Below are positions 1 through 13,500 of a stretch of 64,000 bases of DNA, piece by piece; positions within the stretch are counted from its first letter, which is position 1; each line of letters opens with the position of its first letter. The stretch is from Klebsormidium nitens (lineage: Eukaryota; Plantae; Klebsormidiophyceae), in assembly GCA_000708835.1 (NCBI GenBank), contig DF237323.1:26074-90073 (forward strand), read 5' to 3'. Below the pieces are notes generated by a model, which saw nothing but the letters and a program-made list of their open reading frames with translations, was not told the origin of the DNA and did no database searches. Both the position numbers and the translations under genes were made by a program.

Positions 1-101
1 GAGTGAAGATCCGACCGGACACGATGGGCACTTCACAGCCTACCCATGCGAAAACTGCCGTCCCAGTGACGCCTTTCAAATTACTGCTGCTTAGCTTCGA
101 C

Positions 102-281
102 ACTATAAATCAATACCCGGTTTAAGATCGTTTGCTGAGGCCGTTTTGATCTCAGCAATTCAGCTTTTAAGATCAAAATGGTCTGACACAACGTTTAAGA
201 TCAAAATAAGCCTGAAAACCTGAGTACGTTTAAGATCGAAGTGGCCTCACAACGATCTTAAACGGGGCTATCATTTATAGT
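102..281. mobile_element. 180-bp MITE-like element with ~40-bp imperfect TIRs and internal TTTAAGATC repeats
   Basis: Left end ACTATAAATCAATACCCGGTTTAAGATCGTTTGCTGAGGCC versus reverse complement of right end ACTATAAATGATAGCCCCGTTTAAGATCGTTGTGAGGCC. It is absent from the paralogous site near 8410. No clean TSD is visible. Confidence 0.75.
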
Positions 282-3076
282 TAATTCTCTAAATGAAGCA
301 TGCTTTTGATGTGGGTAGTCTGAAATAAGAAGAGGTACTATGTAGCGAAAGTATGGAATCGTCGGTGATGAGAGTTGCAGGTTGGGTTGCATGTTTTTGG
401 CCCAGAGCCGTTCCCTTGCGGAGAACGAGCGGCATACACATCGTATGCGTGAGAACGTTAGTCAACAAGTCCTGCCGAAGTCTGTTCGATAGCTTTGTAT
501 TTTGCTACGTCGCAGTCCAGTGTCTTGCAGTACAGAGGGTCTTGATAAACGAAAGAATCTCTACGTGGCGCTGGCGTAACTGAGCTTTGTCTCTTGTCTA
601 GTTAATACATTGACCTTAGCATGACCTCCTGATGCCAGTCGCACGCCGATCGGCAACAAAATCCAACGACCTCTCTTCGCGTACTACCCAGTCATCCGCA
701 GGGCCTACGGAATGAGGTCCTGCCTGATTTCCGAACCCGCTCACTTGGACACACGTAGGCACCGAGGAAACTTTTCAGAGCCATTAGTTTTCCAGCGGGG
801 CCGCTTTTAGTTTGACCATCTCTCCAACCGAACTTCAACCGGCTTAGGTGAATAATGGAATCAAACCCCAAAATTATGACTATCTCTGAGTCCATCGCTA
901 CGTACGAACTCGCATTCTCTCAGAAACAAGGACTCACACGTTTCGTTTTCTCGATCTTCGAAAGGCTGTGTGTCCTCTTTCCAAAAGCAAAGCGAAAGCA
1001 AAGTACTATCCCGTGCAAGTCAGACGATCGAGACATTTCTAGACTATGCAAACCTTCCGTCGCAGCCGGTGGCGATTCAGTTCAACACATACTCAAAACG
1101 TCCTCCTTTAGTCAAGCCCCTCGGCCGACCCTTCGGCCTGCAATTCTGCTGATTTGCAATTTGTCCTCCAAGAAATCCCTCTTTGGCTACTCTGATTGGA
1201 CGAAGTCGAGTAAAATTTGCGATCGGATCGGTGCATACATTGCTTTTTGCCTATGATCCTGGAGTTTTGCGTCTGTCTGACCAGCACAGATCGTGCATGA
1301 CGGATCTCCTGAAGGCCGAAAGCAGTACGTTGTACGTTCAAATCGCTGCCGTTGTATAACTTTCTCCGAAGGATGTGGAAGTTATGACGCCATAGATGTC
1401 AGTACTCTACCGGCCGAAAATGGCACCCCGGATTCTTTCAAGCGCGGTTCTGATCTCTGGAAAAGCATGGACGTCCTCGAAATAAGCCAACGTTTTGTAA
1501 TCATGGGAGTCGATGGTAAAAGAGTCGACCTGTAAGTTCGCGCCATTTGCAAAGCAGCCTTGGTTGAAAATCTGACAACGTATCTCCTTGCAAAATTGTG
1601 GTCACGAATGTGGGCGGGAAGGAGGAGACGTATCAACTTAGAAACCGTCCGCCAGTTGAGCCGGCGCGCTGGCGGAGATGATCATTGCGATGTTCGGTTG
1701 CTGCTGTTGGACGCTTATTTTGGATCCGTTTGTATCCCTGCAGATTAATAGTATGGACTGAACGGTTTTTCATTACGGGGACAATTGTGAAAGTGGTTTG
1801 ACATGTCCGCGGTAAGATGCACGTCGCCTCAGTCGCCGTCCTGCCTATTCATCTAGTTGCTAGCGCAACATTCAGCAATGATGCAAGATATCTGAGCGGG
1901 ACTTCAACTTTCCTGTAAGACTTGGCTCACCGGTCTTCGTTATCTTCAATGCTGATGCTACCATTTTAACTCGCTAGAATCAGATTCGGTTTCTCCTAAT
2001 CCAGCAGTTCGGGGTTTGACGACTTACCTCTTGAAGAGGAATGGCCAGACTCTCAAACTTTTCCGAGTTTCTCAACGAGTCGCATACGGCCGGGCGAAGA
2101 GAATCATGGCATACATCTACTTAAGTTGGGCCCTACCTTGAATCCATACTTTTTAACTATTTTCAGAGGCGCTGAGGTTATGGGGTGCGTCGCAGGATGT
2201 GCCAGTACGCGCGCGCGGTACGAAGGTATTGCTTACACAAGGCAGTGATCAAAAGTGTGACGGGATGCGGTGGGCAATTCAAAATCCACAGAGTGACATT
2301 TCCCCTGACGCCTTTCGATCGCTCCAGTTTTCGAAGTTGCATATTTTTCATGTGAAGTGTTTGCAATGGATACCTCGTGCGATGCGGCATATTTCGCTAC
2401 GATATAGTCCCACGGGTGCGATTTGGGATATCGCATGTCCTGTTCAAACAGACAGTCTCCTGCAGAAAACAGTACAGCGGAGAGGCCAGATCATTGGGGA
2501 AGAAGGGGAAGAAGAGAAAAAGTCGAAGGGCAGCCTTCAGCGCAGATTCAAGGGACTTAAGGGGGGGGAAATCAACATCTCGTCAAGGAACACCTCGTTA
2601 CCGCCGCCTGAAGCTGCATGTAACCACGGAGAAACATTCCATAATAAAGTCCAGCGTAATATTCTGGGGTAGGCGCATTGATGGTCACGCAACAGCTACC
2701 GTTCACGGCGTGCATATGTACTATGAGATGGATTCTTGGAAAGCCCGTTTAATTGGGAAGGTGCTGGATCCTCAGTGCACTAGAAGATTTGACGCCCATA
2801 AAGTTTATGTCCAGGTCGACATCATGAGGCCAAGAGCCGCCACGTGGCCTTCGTAATCATCGCGCTCTCCACCCAGCTCGTGCTCAGAACCTGTGCATTT
2901 TTTATTCACTCTCAATGTAATCAGATCAAAATCGTCCTGATTTGGAAAGAAGAATTTAGAGCGCGCGCGGCAAATTGGACTGGACGCGAGCTGGCGATGT
3001 TGACTTTTTGAAAGGGGTCTTTGACGTTATTTGCAGATGGACCCTGTGCATGTCGTCAGTGCCTCCGTAACTTGCC

Positions 3077-3121
3077 CACGTAAACCCACGTGGACACACG
3101 TGGACCCACGAATCCAGCACG
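3077..3121. promoter_or_regulatory. 10-bp-phased cluster of CACG/G-box (ABRE-like) motifs
   Basis: CACG at 3077, 3087, 3097 and 3107, with perfect CACGTG at 3087 and 3097. Homologous pairs at 742/752, 6983/6993, 8851/8861, 10199/10209, 12540/12550 and 15759/15769. Confidence 0.5.
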
Positions 3122-3891
3122 AAAAATTTAGTGCTCGTACCTAAGCGGGGCCTGTTAGTAAGACTCTGCGCCCCTCAGTCGACGCAATCACAAGGGTTTG
3201 GCAGTGCAAAGTCTCTGGTCGCCTCCAATGCTTCAGATCAAGAACGTGATGTGGGACGTTTACGTGGAGCTACAAATCATCGGCCGACCCTTTAAAAATT
3301 TGCGCTTCCGTTAGCTTTCTGCAAATTGTGCTCGGATGTAACACTCATTTCGCTACTTGGATTGACGGTCACCACCGAAGTGAAGATTGGATAGGTGCAC
3401 GAGGTGATTTTTGGCAATGATAGAGCTTCGCGCATGTCTGACTTGACAATCGTAGAATCGTTCTGCGGTCCTGACGGCCAATGAGAACATAATCAAATCA
3501 GGAAATTGCCGTGTGGTAATAATCTCCAAACGATGTGAACGTCATAAGTGGCTGATGTAACGTGAGCTGCACTGTAATGATGGGGCTTCTGCTGGGCTTT
3601 TGCAAGGGGTTTGCACGTATGTAGTCAACCAAGTCGAGATGAATATAGTGCATCAATCAACCCGTTTTGAGCGCCAGAAGGGACCGTAGTCCTCAGAGCC
3701 ATCCGAGTCTCGTCCAGGAGGAGCTCGATGCTGAGAGCTTCGCCGTCAAAAAATCCCGGCAACGTTTGTAAAGCTGTATTTCACAGCGCATGTGGTCCCC
3801 AAGATATGTGACCAAGTATGCATGGGCGAAGTTGATGAGACGCACGAATGGCAAGTCTGGTGCTTCAAAGGCGCCGGCTTAGAAATCAAAG

Positions 3892-4227
3892 TATTGCAGA
3901 TTCGGGCAAACCTGGCCGCCTGACCCGAGAACCGATTGGGACCGATCGCAGAACCTGCCCGATGCACAGAACTTGGACCGGGCTTGGACCCTTCGATGAC
4001 GCAAAAAGGCTCCATCGAACGGCCCAAGTTCTGCGTCTGTTCCTTTGAAAAGGTTTGCCGATTGGCTCTGACCGGACTTGACTGGCCAGGCCTCGCAGAA
4101 CTTGGGCCGTTCAATGAAAGGCTTTTGGGTCATCGAAGGGTCTCAAGTTCTGCGCATCGGGCAAGAATTGCGATCGGTCCCAATCGGACTTGGGTCAGGC
4201 GGCCAGGTTTGACTTGAATGTGCAATA
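3892..4227. mobile_element. Foldback/MITE-like element with ~140-bp inverted arms
   Basis: 3892-~4035 (TATTGCAGATTCGGGCAAACCTGGCCGCCTGACCC...CCCAAGTTCTGCG) pairs with ~4094-4227 over most of its length; spacer about 60 bp. Confidence 0.8.
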
Positions 4228-5816
4228 ATGTGATGTCAGATAATCTGCTGGATTTGGATGTCTGTCATGTTGGATTGATCGTGAAGCCTGCAGGCAATAA
4301 CGGTTGACTGAGTGGTCCCTCCTTTCCAGGACGTAGTGTGATAATCCTGATCCGGCTCGTTTGCCGCGATGAGATGTTAAGACGCAACTTCTCCTCCCCT
4401 TCCTATTGACCGCGAACCAGCATGCTGGGCGGGGTGTATCAGGGCATTTTATTGGATCAGGCCCTGTTCTGATTGCAAATTCTCTTCTTAGATTTGGTAA
4501 GACCGATACCTATCGTGCATATATAGCGTGATCGGCTTGGCCAGTGCTCGCGCCGTGTAAAGATTTGAATCGTGCTGCAAATGGTGACGATTGTAAATGC
4601 AACCGGACGCGCACGATGTCTGAAAGGGAGATTCGGTGCCAAGCGGTGCTTGTTGCTCTTTATAAGTTTCGGGTTTCTACCTCTCGTTTGGTGCTCGTTA
4701 TTGACCTTAACGTCGACGAAGCCGTGAACTCCCTTTCGGAAGCTGCTCCTCGCGTTCGCATCGGCACCTTTCGGAGGAATCACGCTTTTGGGTTTAAAAA
4801 ATGCTCAGGTACCTCATCGTAACCTCGGGTCTGATTTCCGTTTTGAAAGTTTGCTGAATGAAGCCTTCCGCTTCCTTGTCACGAGTTTTATCGCTCTGCA
4901 TGCATGGGAAACAGAGATAGACTGTTCTCGCGTTTTCTTCTTTTTGCTTCCCCTTTGATTTGGCTTAGTATGCTGCCTACGGGAAAATGAATTGGTTTAC
5001 CCGTTGAGCGGAGCGCTGCAACTTACTCTCTGGTCAAACGGCCCACCTCAACTCAGTTGATGGTCAGAAGGACCTATCTTGATTCGGTATGCGGCTCAGA
5101 AACTTCAGCTCTCACACTCGTTGCGTTTAAAATTCGGCTAAAATTTTTCCCAGTGATTGCCCGCATCAAAGCTAAGCTTTTCTCCAGTAATCGCCCGCAT
5201 CAAAGCTCCAACTTTGACAGCTATCTCAGTAGGAGCATGTCCCCTGCTTTGAGGATTTTGTTACGTCACCACGTTAGTCCCCTAGACTTTCCGATCACAT
5301 AGCACCTTCTATTTCATGCGGGGAAAGCCTCCCCTCGAATCATTTTCGGGTTAATGATTGCTCCTTTCATCGAGCTTAGGGTTTCTGACGTGCAAGTGCT
5401 TTGCACAAGTTTTTTCGCTTCGAACTCGTTCTCTAGACAGGCAATGAGGTTGGGGCAACTGGGACCTTTCCCCACGTCGCCCACATAGAGTTGCATGGAC
5501 CCTTCTGATGCCGCAAAATTAGCGACTGTTGGTACTGGAAGTGATTAGATACTCGTTTCGCTGAATAGATTGCGAGGCACGTACCCTTGCAGCCTGAGAA
5601 AGAGTACACGCGTCTTTTTTGGGCTGCTAAGAATTGCACACACAATATGAATGTTTTGATATACTAGCACGCTGCGAGTTGCCTCTGCATAGAACAAACA
5701 TGTACGTGCAGCGAAATCAAATAGGTCGGTTCAGCGCGGATCGGATCCGTCAGAAGATACGTAAGTCGGAGCAAAGACTCGACTCAATATGCAGCCGACG
5801 ACTAGAACGGGGTCCG

Positions 5817-6007
5817 CTGCAGCGGAAGCGGACCTGTTTCCGCACCAGAATGAGCTTCGAAGTGGCGGAACGGACCCGCTGGCGCTCACGCGCATCGCGG
5901 CCGCAGCAGACGAAGCCCGCAGCAAAACGGCATCGCTGCTCATTGCAGCGGAACCGGTCCCGGTTCCGCACCGGAATGGACTTCAAGCTGGCGGAACGGA
6001 CTGGCTG
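5817..6007 (+). repeat. Two-copy 126-bp-period direct repeat
   Basis: TGCAGCGGAAGCGGACCTGTTTCCGCACCAGAATGAGCTTCGAAGTGGCGGAACGGAC at 5817 versus TGCAGCGGAACCGGTCCCGGTTCCGCACCGGAATGGACTTCAAGCTGGCGGAACGGAC near 5944. Confidence 0.7.
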
Positions 6008-9000
6008 AGTAGGCCGTACGCGCCCCAACGACTGCAACTGCTTAACTGAGTCCTCGTATCACACCCGACCATTCCTCGTATCCACCTCCCATTATGGTGC
6101 TCATGGAAACCCTCTCAAGCAGTCCCATCCTTCTTTTGTATGTGCATACTTCGGAGCAGCAGTGGATAATTCGCCAGCATACTAGGCGCGCCGCTATCAG
6201 ATGGTTCCGGACGAGCCACCAGATGATGACTGCCAACATTGAGAACTCAGTATCAGGACAAATTGCAGATGTATTGACGGGCAGTCAGCCGTCCGGGTCG
6301 ACGTTAAGGCGGTGAAGTCCTTCAGATTGCCGTCGGATAACGTATGTTCCGACTTGCTCCTGTAATCTTAGGGTCTGGCCTTTCTGAACAGACAGGTAAT
6401 GCTCTAAATCGTTTAAGCGGCGGTCTGAGTGCGGGAATCTGTGAAAGGAGAAAGCCGCGCCTGAGGATTCTTGGTACGAGAAGAGATACTGCTTCTGAAA
6501 TCCGAAACGAGTCTTCCAAAACGGACAACGTTGCGATATGTAGGGTCGTAAAGCTGGCATTAAAGAGCGTAAGTAGACAGCCGGCTACTTGAAACTGGCA
6601 GATCCCCGCCCAACTCTGTTTATGAGGGGCGGCAGACAGGCACGACTTGAGAACCCCCAAATTTGCCCGTTGGATCGAGAAGCCGAACAGGTATCTCCCA
6701 TAATGACGTCTCCGTGAAGCAGAGCTGTTTGCATCGTATTTCCAAGACGCTCGATGACTGTTGCCTGAAAGAGTTTGTCTGTTAGCTTCGTGGTCAAACA
6801 CAGTCTTCCTAAAAGAGACACAAAGCGATAGAATCATGTTTGACCCGTACCCTGGCTGTGATTGAGCTTTTCTCATGTCTTTCCAAGACAAGAGTGGAGG
6901 AGATCCTCCTGATGCCATCTGCCAATCGGAAACGAGGCCCCTGCGTGTCTTGCAGTGAGCGGCAGTTTCGATAATTTCAGCTCACGTGCAGCCACGTGGG
7001 CTGATAATCGGCGAACAAAGTCTGCGTCGGAGCCCTCGGACTCACCGCGGGGGCTCCGTATAAATACGGTACTACGCAGTCCGTAGACGACTTGGATTGG
7101 ATACTTATAAGCCATAGCTTCTTTGGTCGCGGCCGGTGTTACGCATAAGAGCCGGAAGCCAACGTCGTGCGCAGCTGAAGAGCCTCCGCTCTTTTGCATC
7201 TCCGCTTTCTGCAGTCTGTGCTTCTACAATGCGATTGTTTGGCTGCTCAAATGGAATGGTGGTCACCGAAGCGATTAGAAATGGGTCGGTGCACGTTGTC
7301 AATTTTGGACTAGCCTATGATGGAGCTTCGCGCATGTCTAATTGCCAAGACAACTTAACAGCGGTCGGAAATCCTGATGGCGAAGGAGCGGTTTCGACCT
7401 CCTTTTTCACTTCCAATCGAGCCTTGAGGCATACTTACATATGTAACATAAAGACGAATGGGCCTTTGTATTCAATCAACTTAGTCGTGCAAACATCAGA
7501 CTTCTGCTAAATCGGGTCAGCTGATAGCCTCCACCTCCCGGCCTCGAAGCAATCCATTCGGGATTGGCGCTCGATTGTAAGGGCGTCGACGTCAAAGCAG
7601 GTGTGTGGCGTCACCACAAGCAGCATTTGAGAACTCATCTCTCTATGCGAAACAATTATTCCCTCGAAGTGCGATCCACGCCAATACCTGCTGTGTAACG
7701 CACGCGGATTAAGTCGTTACGGTTAAGTCAGCGCGCCCATGCAGTCGCGCGCCTCAATTGCGCGGCCTCAAAGAGAGCTAGACGGCTAATAATATAGATC
7801 TAGGAATCATAGGCTTTGTAAGTGCGCTCAAACAAAAATGACTCCAGCACACAATCCTGCCGGAAGATGTCTCGTTTCTGCGACATTCAAATCAATGTGC
7901 GCTCATCTTTGAAGTAGAATGGAGCTGTTCGATTATCCACGATATAAAAGCTCCTTGAAAGCGCTTCAGTGATTGCCCTACCTTATCACTTTCAAAGTAA
8001 ACCGTCAGCAATGATGCAGAGGCTTTGAGCCCGGTACTGATTTTTCTCGAAGGATAAGCCCAATTCTTTTCCTAGTACTGTTTGCTAATGCTACGATTTT
8101 GTCGCTTGCCTGATCCATTGTAACTCAGTACTTGCTGGAATTTCTATCGGCCAGCCGTCGTCGTTGATACCTCCAATTCACGTTGTGGTAAGTCAAACGG
8201 AGTCTTGAACCTTATTTAGAAGCGACCTTCTCCCCATGTTTCGAAAGAGTCGTATTCATCCGGGACGGGAAGTACTAGGGCGTTCCTGAACCCCTGCCAA
8301 CCTTCAATTACTAATTTGAGAAGGCGATGAGTGAAAATCCGACCGGAAGCCATGGGCACTTCACAGCCCAACCGTGTGAAGACTACCGTCTCAGTGACGC
8401 CTTTGCTGCTTCACTCTTTTAGTGAAGCATGCAGCTTTTGATGTGGGTAGTCTGAAACGCGAATAGGTACCATGTAGCGAAAGTACGACATCCTCGGTGG
8501 TGAGAGGTGCAAGTTGGAATGAAGGTTTCTGGCCCAGAGCCTTTCCTAGTTTGCTGAGGAATTAGTAGCGGCAGACACGCCGTATGCGTCAAAACTCCTG
8601 CCGAAGTTTGTTCGGTAGCTTTGTATTCTGCTACGGCGTAATCAAAAGTCTCGCACTTCCAGAGCGTCTTGGCAAACGAAAGAAGGCAATCTCTACGTGG
8701 CGCTGGCTGTGACTGAGCTTTGTCTCGTGTCTACTTAAGACATTGACCTTAGCGTAACCCCCTGATGCCAGTGGCACGCCGATCGCTGGCAACAGAACTC
8801 AACAAACCCTCTACGCGATGCAGTCATCCACAGGGCGTACGCAACCCGCCCACGTGAACCCACGTGAGCACTGGCGATTCGCAGATTCAGAGCCCTTCGT
8901 TTTTCAGCGCGGCACCGGTCTTTGTAAGAGTGGTCTCTTCAACCCAACATCAGCAGCCTTACGGTCATTACGGGTATGATGGAATCAGGGTCCATGATTC

Positions 9001-10491
9001 AGAGTTTCAGTGAATTCACTGCGCCTACGTACTCGCATTCCCTCAGAACAAAGACTGATCATCCCCCTTACCGGGCTGTGGATCTAATCAATCTTTGAAG
9101 GGCTGCATGTCCTCTTTTCGAAAGCGAAGCGAAAGCAAAGTAGTATCTCGTGCAAGTGAATACGATCAAGACAGCTCTAAGCTATGCAAACTTTCCGTCG
9201 CAGCCGGAGGCGATTCAGATCAACACATACTCCAACCGTCGTCCAAACTCAAAGCTCCTCGGCGGACCCTCCGACCAGTGCAGTTCTGCTGATCTGCATT
9301 CTGTTCCTTGATTAAGCGAGCTTATCTTTGGCAAATCCACTTGGAGATTGCCCAGCGAAGAAGGGCGACTGGGTCGGCGCATACCAGATATCCTTCTCTG
9401 GCTATGATCGTGGATCTTCGCGTCTTTTTGACCAAGACAGAAGGGTCCTCCAGCAATTCCTTACGGCCAGGAGAAGTCCTGGTCCCGATGTTGCCGTTTT
9501 ATAACTTTCTCCACACGATGTTGTTGGCATGACGCGATTGACGAGATGTGAGCACTAGTGGGGCTAGTCTTGTATCCCAAGGTTCCTGATACGCTCCTAT
9601 TAAAATTACTTTGGAAATTTGATCTCGGTTGCAGTTCCCTAAACCAAAGGTAAGCGGCAGACAGGGGGTGAAGTTAGGACGATTGGGCTATTTTCGAACC
9701 TTGCTCAAACAATGCTGTACGGTCCTTCTGATGCCGCAAACCTGCAATGACCTTTGGCACTGGAAGCGCATCCTAGCTGGTTTTGATCGTGCTAAGCAAC
9801 AGCAAGTTGCAATCTGCTTGCTAACTGAAAAGTAACGCGCATCTTGAAATTAAGTGTCAAAATAACACGTCGGACGTCTTCCTTGGTGTTTACTACCACG
9901 GTGCGACGTCTCGTTGCTGCCACAAATCAGCTCTTTTTGCAGTGAAACGGAAGGTCAGTCCGCTAGGCCAGATTGAAAGCCTCAGGAGGAAACGTCGACA
10001 AAACCAAACACCCAACCACAGAATTTATGTACCCGTACTCGTGTTCATCATCCAATCATTCATCATTCCTATTTACTTCTGGTGTGTTGTCTGGCTAAGA
10101 CAACAACAACGAGTACTTCTGATGCCATCTGCCGAATGGTTAAAGTCGCCCCCTGGCGTCTCGGCTAGCCACGTTCCGCCAGATCGGCCAACGTATCTCA
10201 CATGGACCCATGTCCCTGACAGAACTCTAGAGAGCCCTTGCCTTTGCGGGCCCAAATAAGAAGTCCGTGGCCCTCGAGGCGAGCGCAAGAGTTCCGGCCG
10301 ATTGCAATCAGTCTGGCCTTCTTAGGAATTAGGAAAGCATGTCAAGAGTTCTTGCAAGAGTCGAGAATCTCGGTCACTCTTCTCTTCTGATCCGGTACGT
10401 CAAACCTTTTGTGCTCAGTATCAAACTTGCGTTTGGCTACTCCTGTTGGGAGGTGGCCTTTGATTAAGCAACTAAGGCGGAAAGGTGCAAA

Positions 10492-10511
10492 NNNNNNNNN
10501 NNNNNNNNNNN
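10492..10511. other. Assembly gap (20 N)
   Basis: A run of N inside the repeat array; the true length is unknown. Confidence 1.
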
Positions 10512-13500
10512 GATAGCTTCAACTCTGGCTATGATGGAACTTCGCAATTTCTGACCAAGACGGAATCTCTTGGGGTCCTGATGGCCAGGAGCTACTCCGA
10601 TTGCTGTTTTTGCCGGACTGGATCGTTACCAAACGTTGTTGAAGTAGTGACGTGATTGAACTTTTATATAAGTACTGATGGGCTTGGACTGTGATTTCTA
10701 TATATATGGAGCGGGAATGACATCAAGGCATCTTTCAGTTGGTTCTTGTTGTCCGGAGGGAGTACGTTACCGATATCGTCGTCGCAATCAAGGATCCATG
10801 AAATGCTCGGTGATGTTAGAGAGCGGGATCGATGAAAGCGACGTTTCCGCCAAGGCAAGTGTACGGTATTGCAGAGCAGCAATTGAGAATGTGCCTCTCC
10901 GCGGAGTATGACCACATCCGTGTTCTACACCGCACCTCCGCTGCGCGCCTCACGCTGTGCTCGCGCGCGCAGCTCGCGCCTCAACGGAGGGCCGCCCCTT
11001 GACTTGAGTGCTACATGGATCGACGTACTTCGTTCTAAATTTGGGCGTTTGATTGCTCTTGCGCATGAATGTTTGTGTGGGAAATATTCCACTTTCTGCA
11101 GAACGGCAACATCTCAGGCTGTTCCTAAGACATAGTGTAAAGGTGTTGGGGTCAACTCTCACAATTGGCAGGTCGCCCCAGCTTGTTCACGGTGTTTCTG
11201 AAGCCAAAAACTATCCGCAATTCTTGCAACCAGCATCCGTTGATCTGCCATTGATGGTGACAGGAAGCCTTTCTCTGACTACTCGGTTGACAGAATGAAC
11301 GTCGAGGCAAGATGATTGGGTTGCATGGTGCTTGTACAGAATCTTGGCAATAACGGGGCTTCGCCTATGTTTGACCTGCAAGACAGAGCACGAACGTCGG
11401 TCCTGACGGCCGGAAGCTGATCCAGTTTTAGTTTTGCCCTTCTGTGGATCTCTCCACGACGAAGACCTATGAATTCCTTGATGTAATATGAGGTCTCACA
11501 GGGCTTCTGTTCCCTCCCCAGCCGAGAGACACCGTTGGACATTATTCGACCAGTTTCTGATTAGCCAAAAACAGGATTACAGACGAAACAAAGCGAGTGT
11601 TCATATGGGCACCTGAGCTTGATGGTGAGATTGTCAAAGTTGTGGTAAGTTCGCGGGGTCTGCAAGGCAGCTGACTTGACAACGAACCACCTTTAGGACT
11701 ATGTTAGGAACATGCGTTTACTCTACAGCTATCCCTCAGCCTCCGTAAAATTCACTAGGGCCCCCGGCGCGTGGGGCTGCGCCGTGTGCTTCAAATGGCG
11801 CCCCTAAAAGAGAGCAAGAGCTTACATGCATTTGAGACATGTGAAACTCCTGAAGGCGCATTGCCTGCCACGGACTGCCGATGCGGGCGCTTGTGAAGTA
11901 TCTGTTCATGCTTCAAGAAATCAAAGGCGGTGATCGAAATCAGGAACGGGAGCGGTGGGCTCTTTGGAGTGCACACAGGTGAAATGAATGTCTCGCTTGA
12001 AGCCTTCTGATCGCTACGTTTCGATTCCCGAGCATGCTTTTAATCCGAGGATTTTGAAGAGTGCAAATCGGAACACGAGGCTAGACCTAGCTGGTGAAAT
12101 TTCGGAGATGAGAGCTTTGACAGCTGGCAATGCATTTCATCCAGATTCAAGTCAATTTCTCTTGCAAAGAAAAGAGCGGCAGAAAAATACGTTGATCAAT
12201 TTCGCAAGATTACTCTTGGATCATGACGCCAAAGACGTGAATCGCCGCCGATCGGATCTACGTACTTTGCTTTGTATGCTCAAAGACGCTTGCCAACTCC
12301 CACCGAAATCTTTTGTGGGCTTCATGTTTGCTGCTTTACCAGATTTATTTTGAACACCTGAAAAACAACAGATTGAACTAGCAAGAACCTACTTGGCAAA
12401 TTGCTGTCTGTGAATGAGCCTTCGCCTACGTCCAGCTAAGACACATACCGAAAGCAGCGTGCTCCTGATGCCAGATGCGAAATAAAACTTCCCCTCATGT
12501 GCGCATCTCAATTCTTCCTTAGGACCCGCAGAATGGGTTCACGTGGACCCACGTGAGCAGTCAGCGGACGGAATGCTCCAAAGCTATTTGAACTTTAGCG
12601 GAACTCTGTGATGGAACCTGCGCGCGCCCTAGAGGCGACTGTGGCCAGAAACATTCAAAAGAAAAACGGTCGCAGGCGCCGTTGCAACGATTCAGAAACA
12701 TACGCCGCAGGTGGCGCGCGAAGCTATCTTCGATTTGGGTTTTCTATTTCCTTGATCTGCGTTCCGCCAATTCGCAGCGTGTGCTCAAAGGAAGGTAGCC
12801 TCATCGCCGCTTGTTTAGCTAAGTAGTTACTAGTAGTGATTTAAGGCATGAACAACGCGTCGGTGCCAATTTGACTTCTGGCTATGATGGAGTCGCGTAG
12901 GTCTGACCAAGACAAGCAAGTTGCATGACATCATCATGCAGGGGTCCTGATTGCCACGAGTAGTCTCCGAATTCAGGGCTCTCCCGACTTGTAACTGATA
13001 TTTAGAACGATCTAAACGTGCGTCTTGACTGGATGCTGAACCAGAACACTCTAATGAAACCGTGATTCACCGAAGGGGAATGGCATCAAAGCATTTGGCA
13101 TCAAATCGGTTCTGATTGCCAGAATCGAATGAACCGTAGTCCTCGAACCAATTGAAATTCATAGGGAAAGAAACAAAAAGTCGTCAGATTTCATAGGAGG
13201 AAGCTCGATGATGAGAGCGTCGACGCCAAAGCTAGCACATTCGCGGCTTTTGCGAAGTAGGACTTGGCAGCGTATGTCCCTGTAGAATGGTCAGGTTCGT
13301 GTTTCCTACCACTATTTCCACTAGCCACCTCATGATGCTGAAACACCTGATCTCAGATGGTCTCGAGGCAGGGTCGCGCCCTTCAACTGGGCGGCCTCTG
13401 AACAGAGCCATAGGAGTCAAATTCAGAGTTGCAAAGTCAGGCGGCTGATAACACTTACGTCGCCAGAGACTTGACAAAAAGTATCCAGTTGGGCCATATA

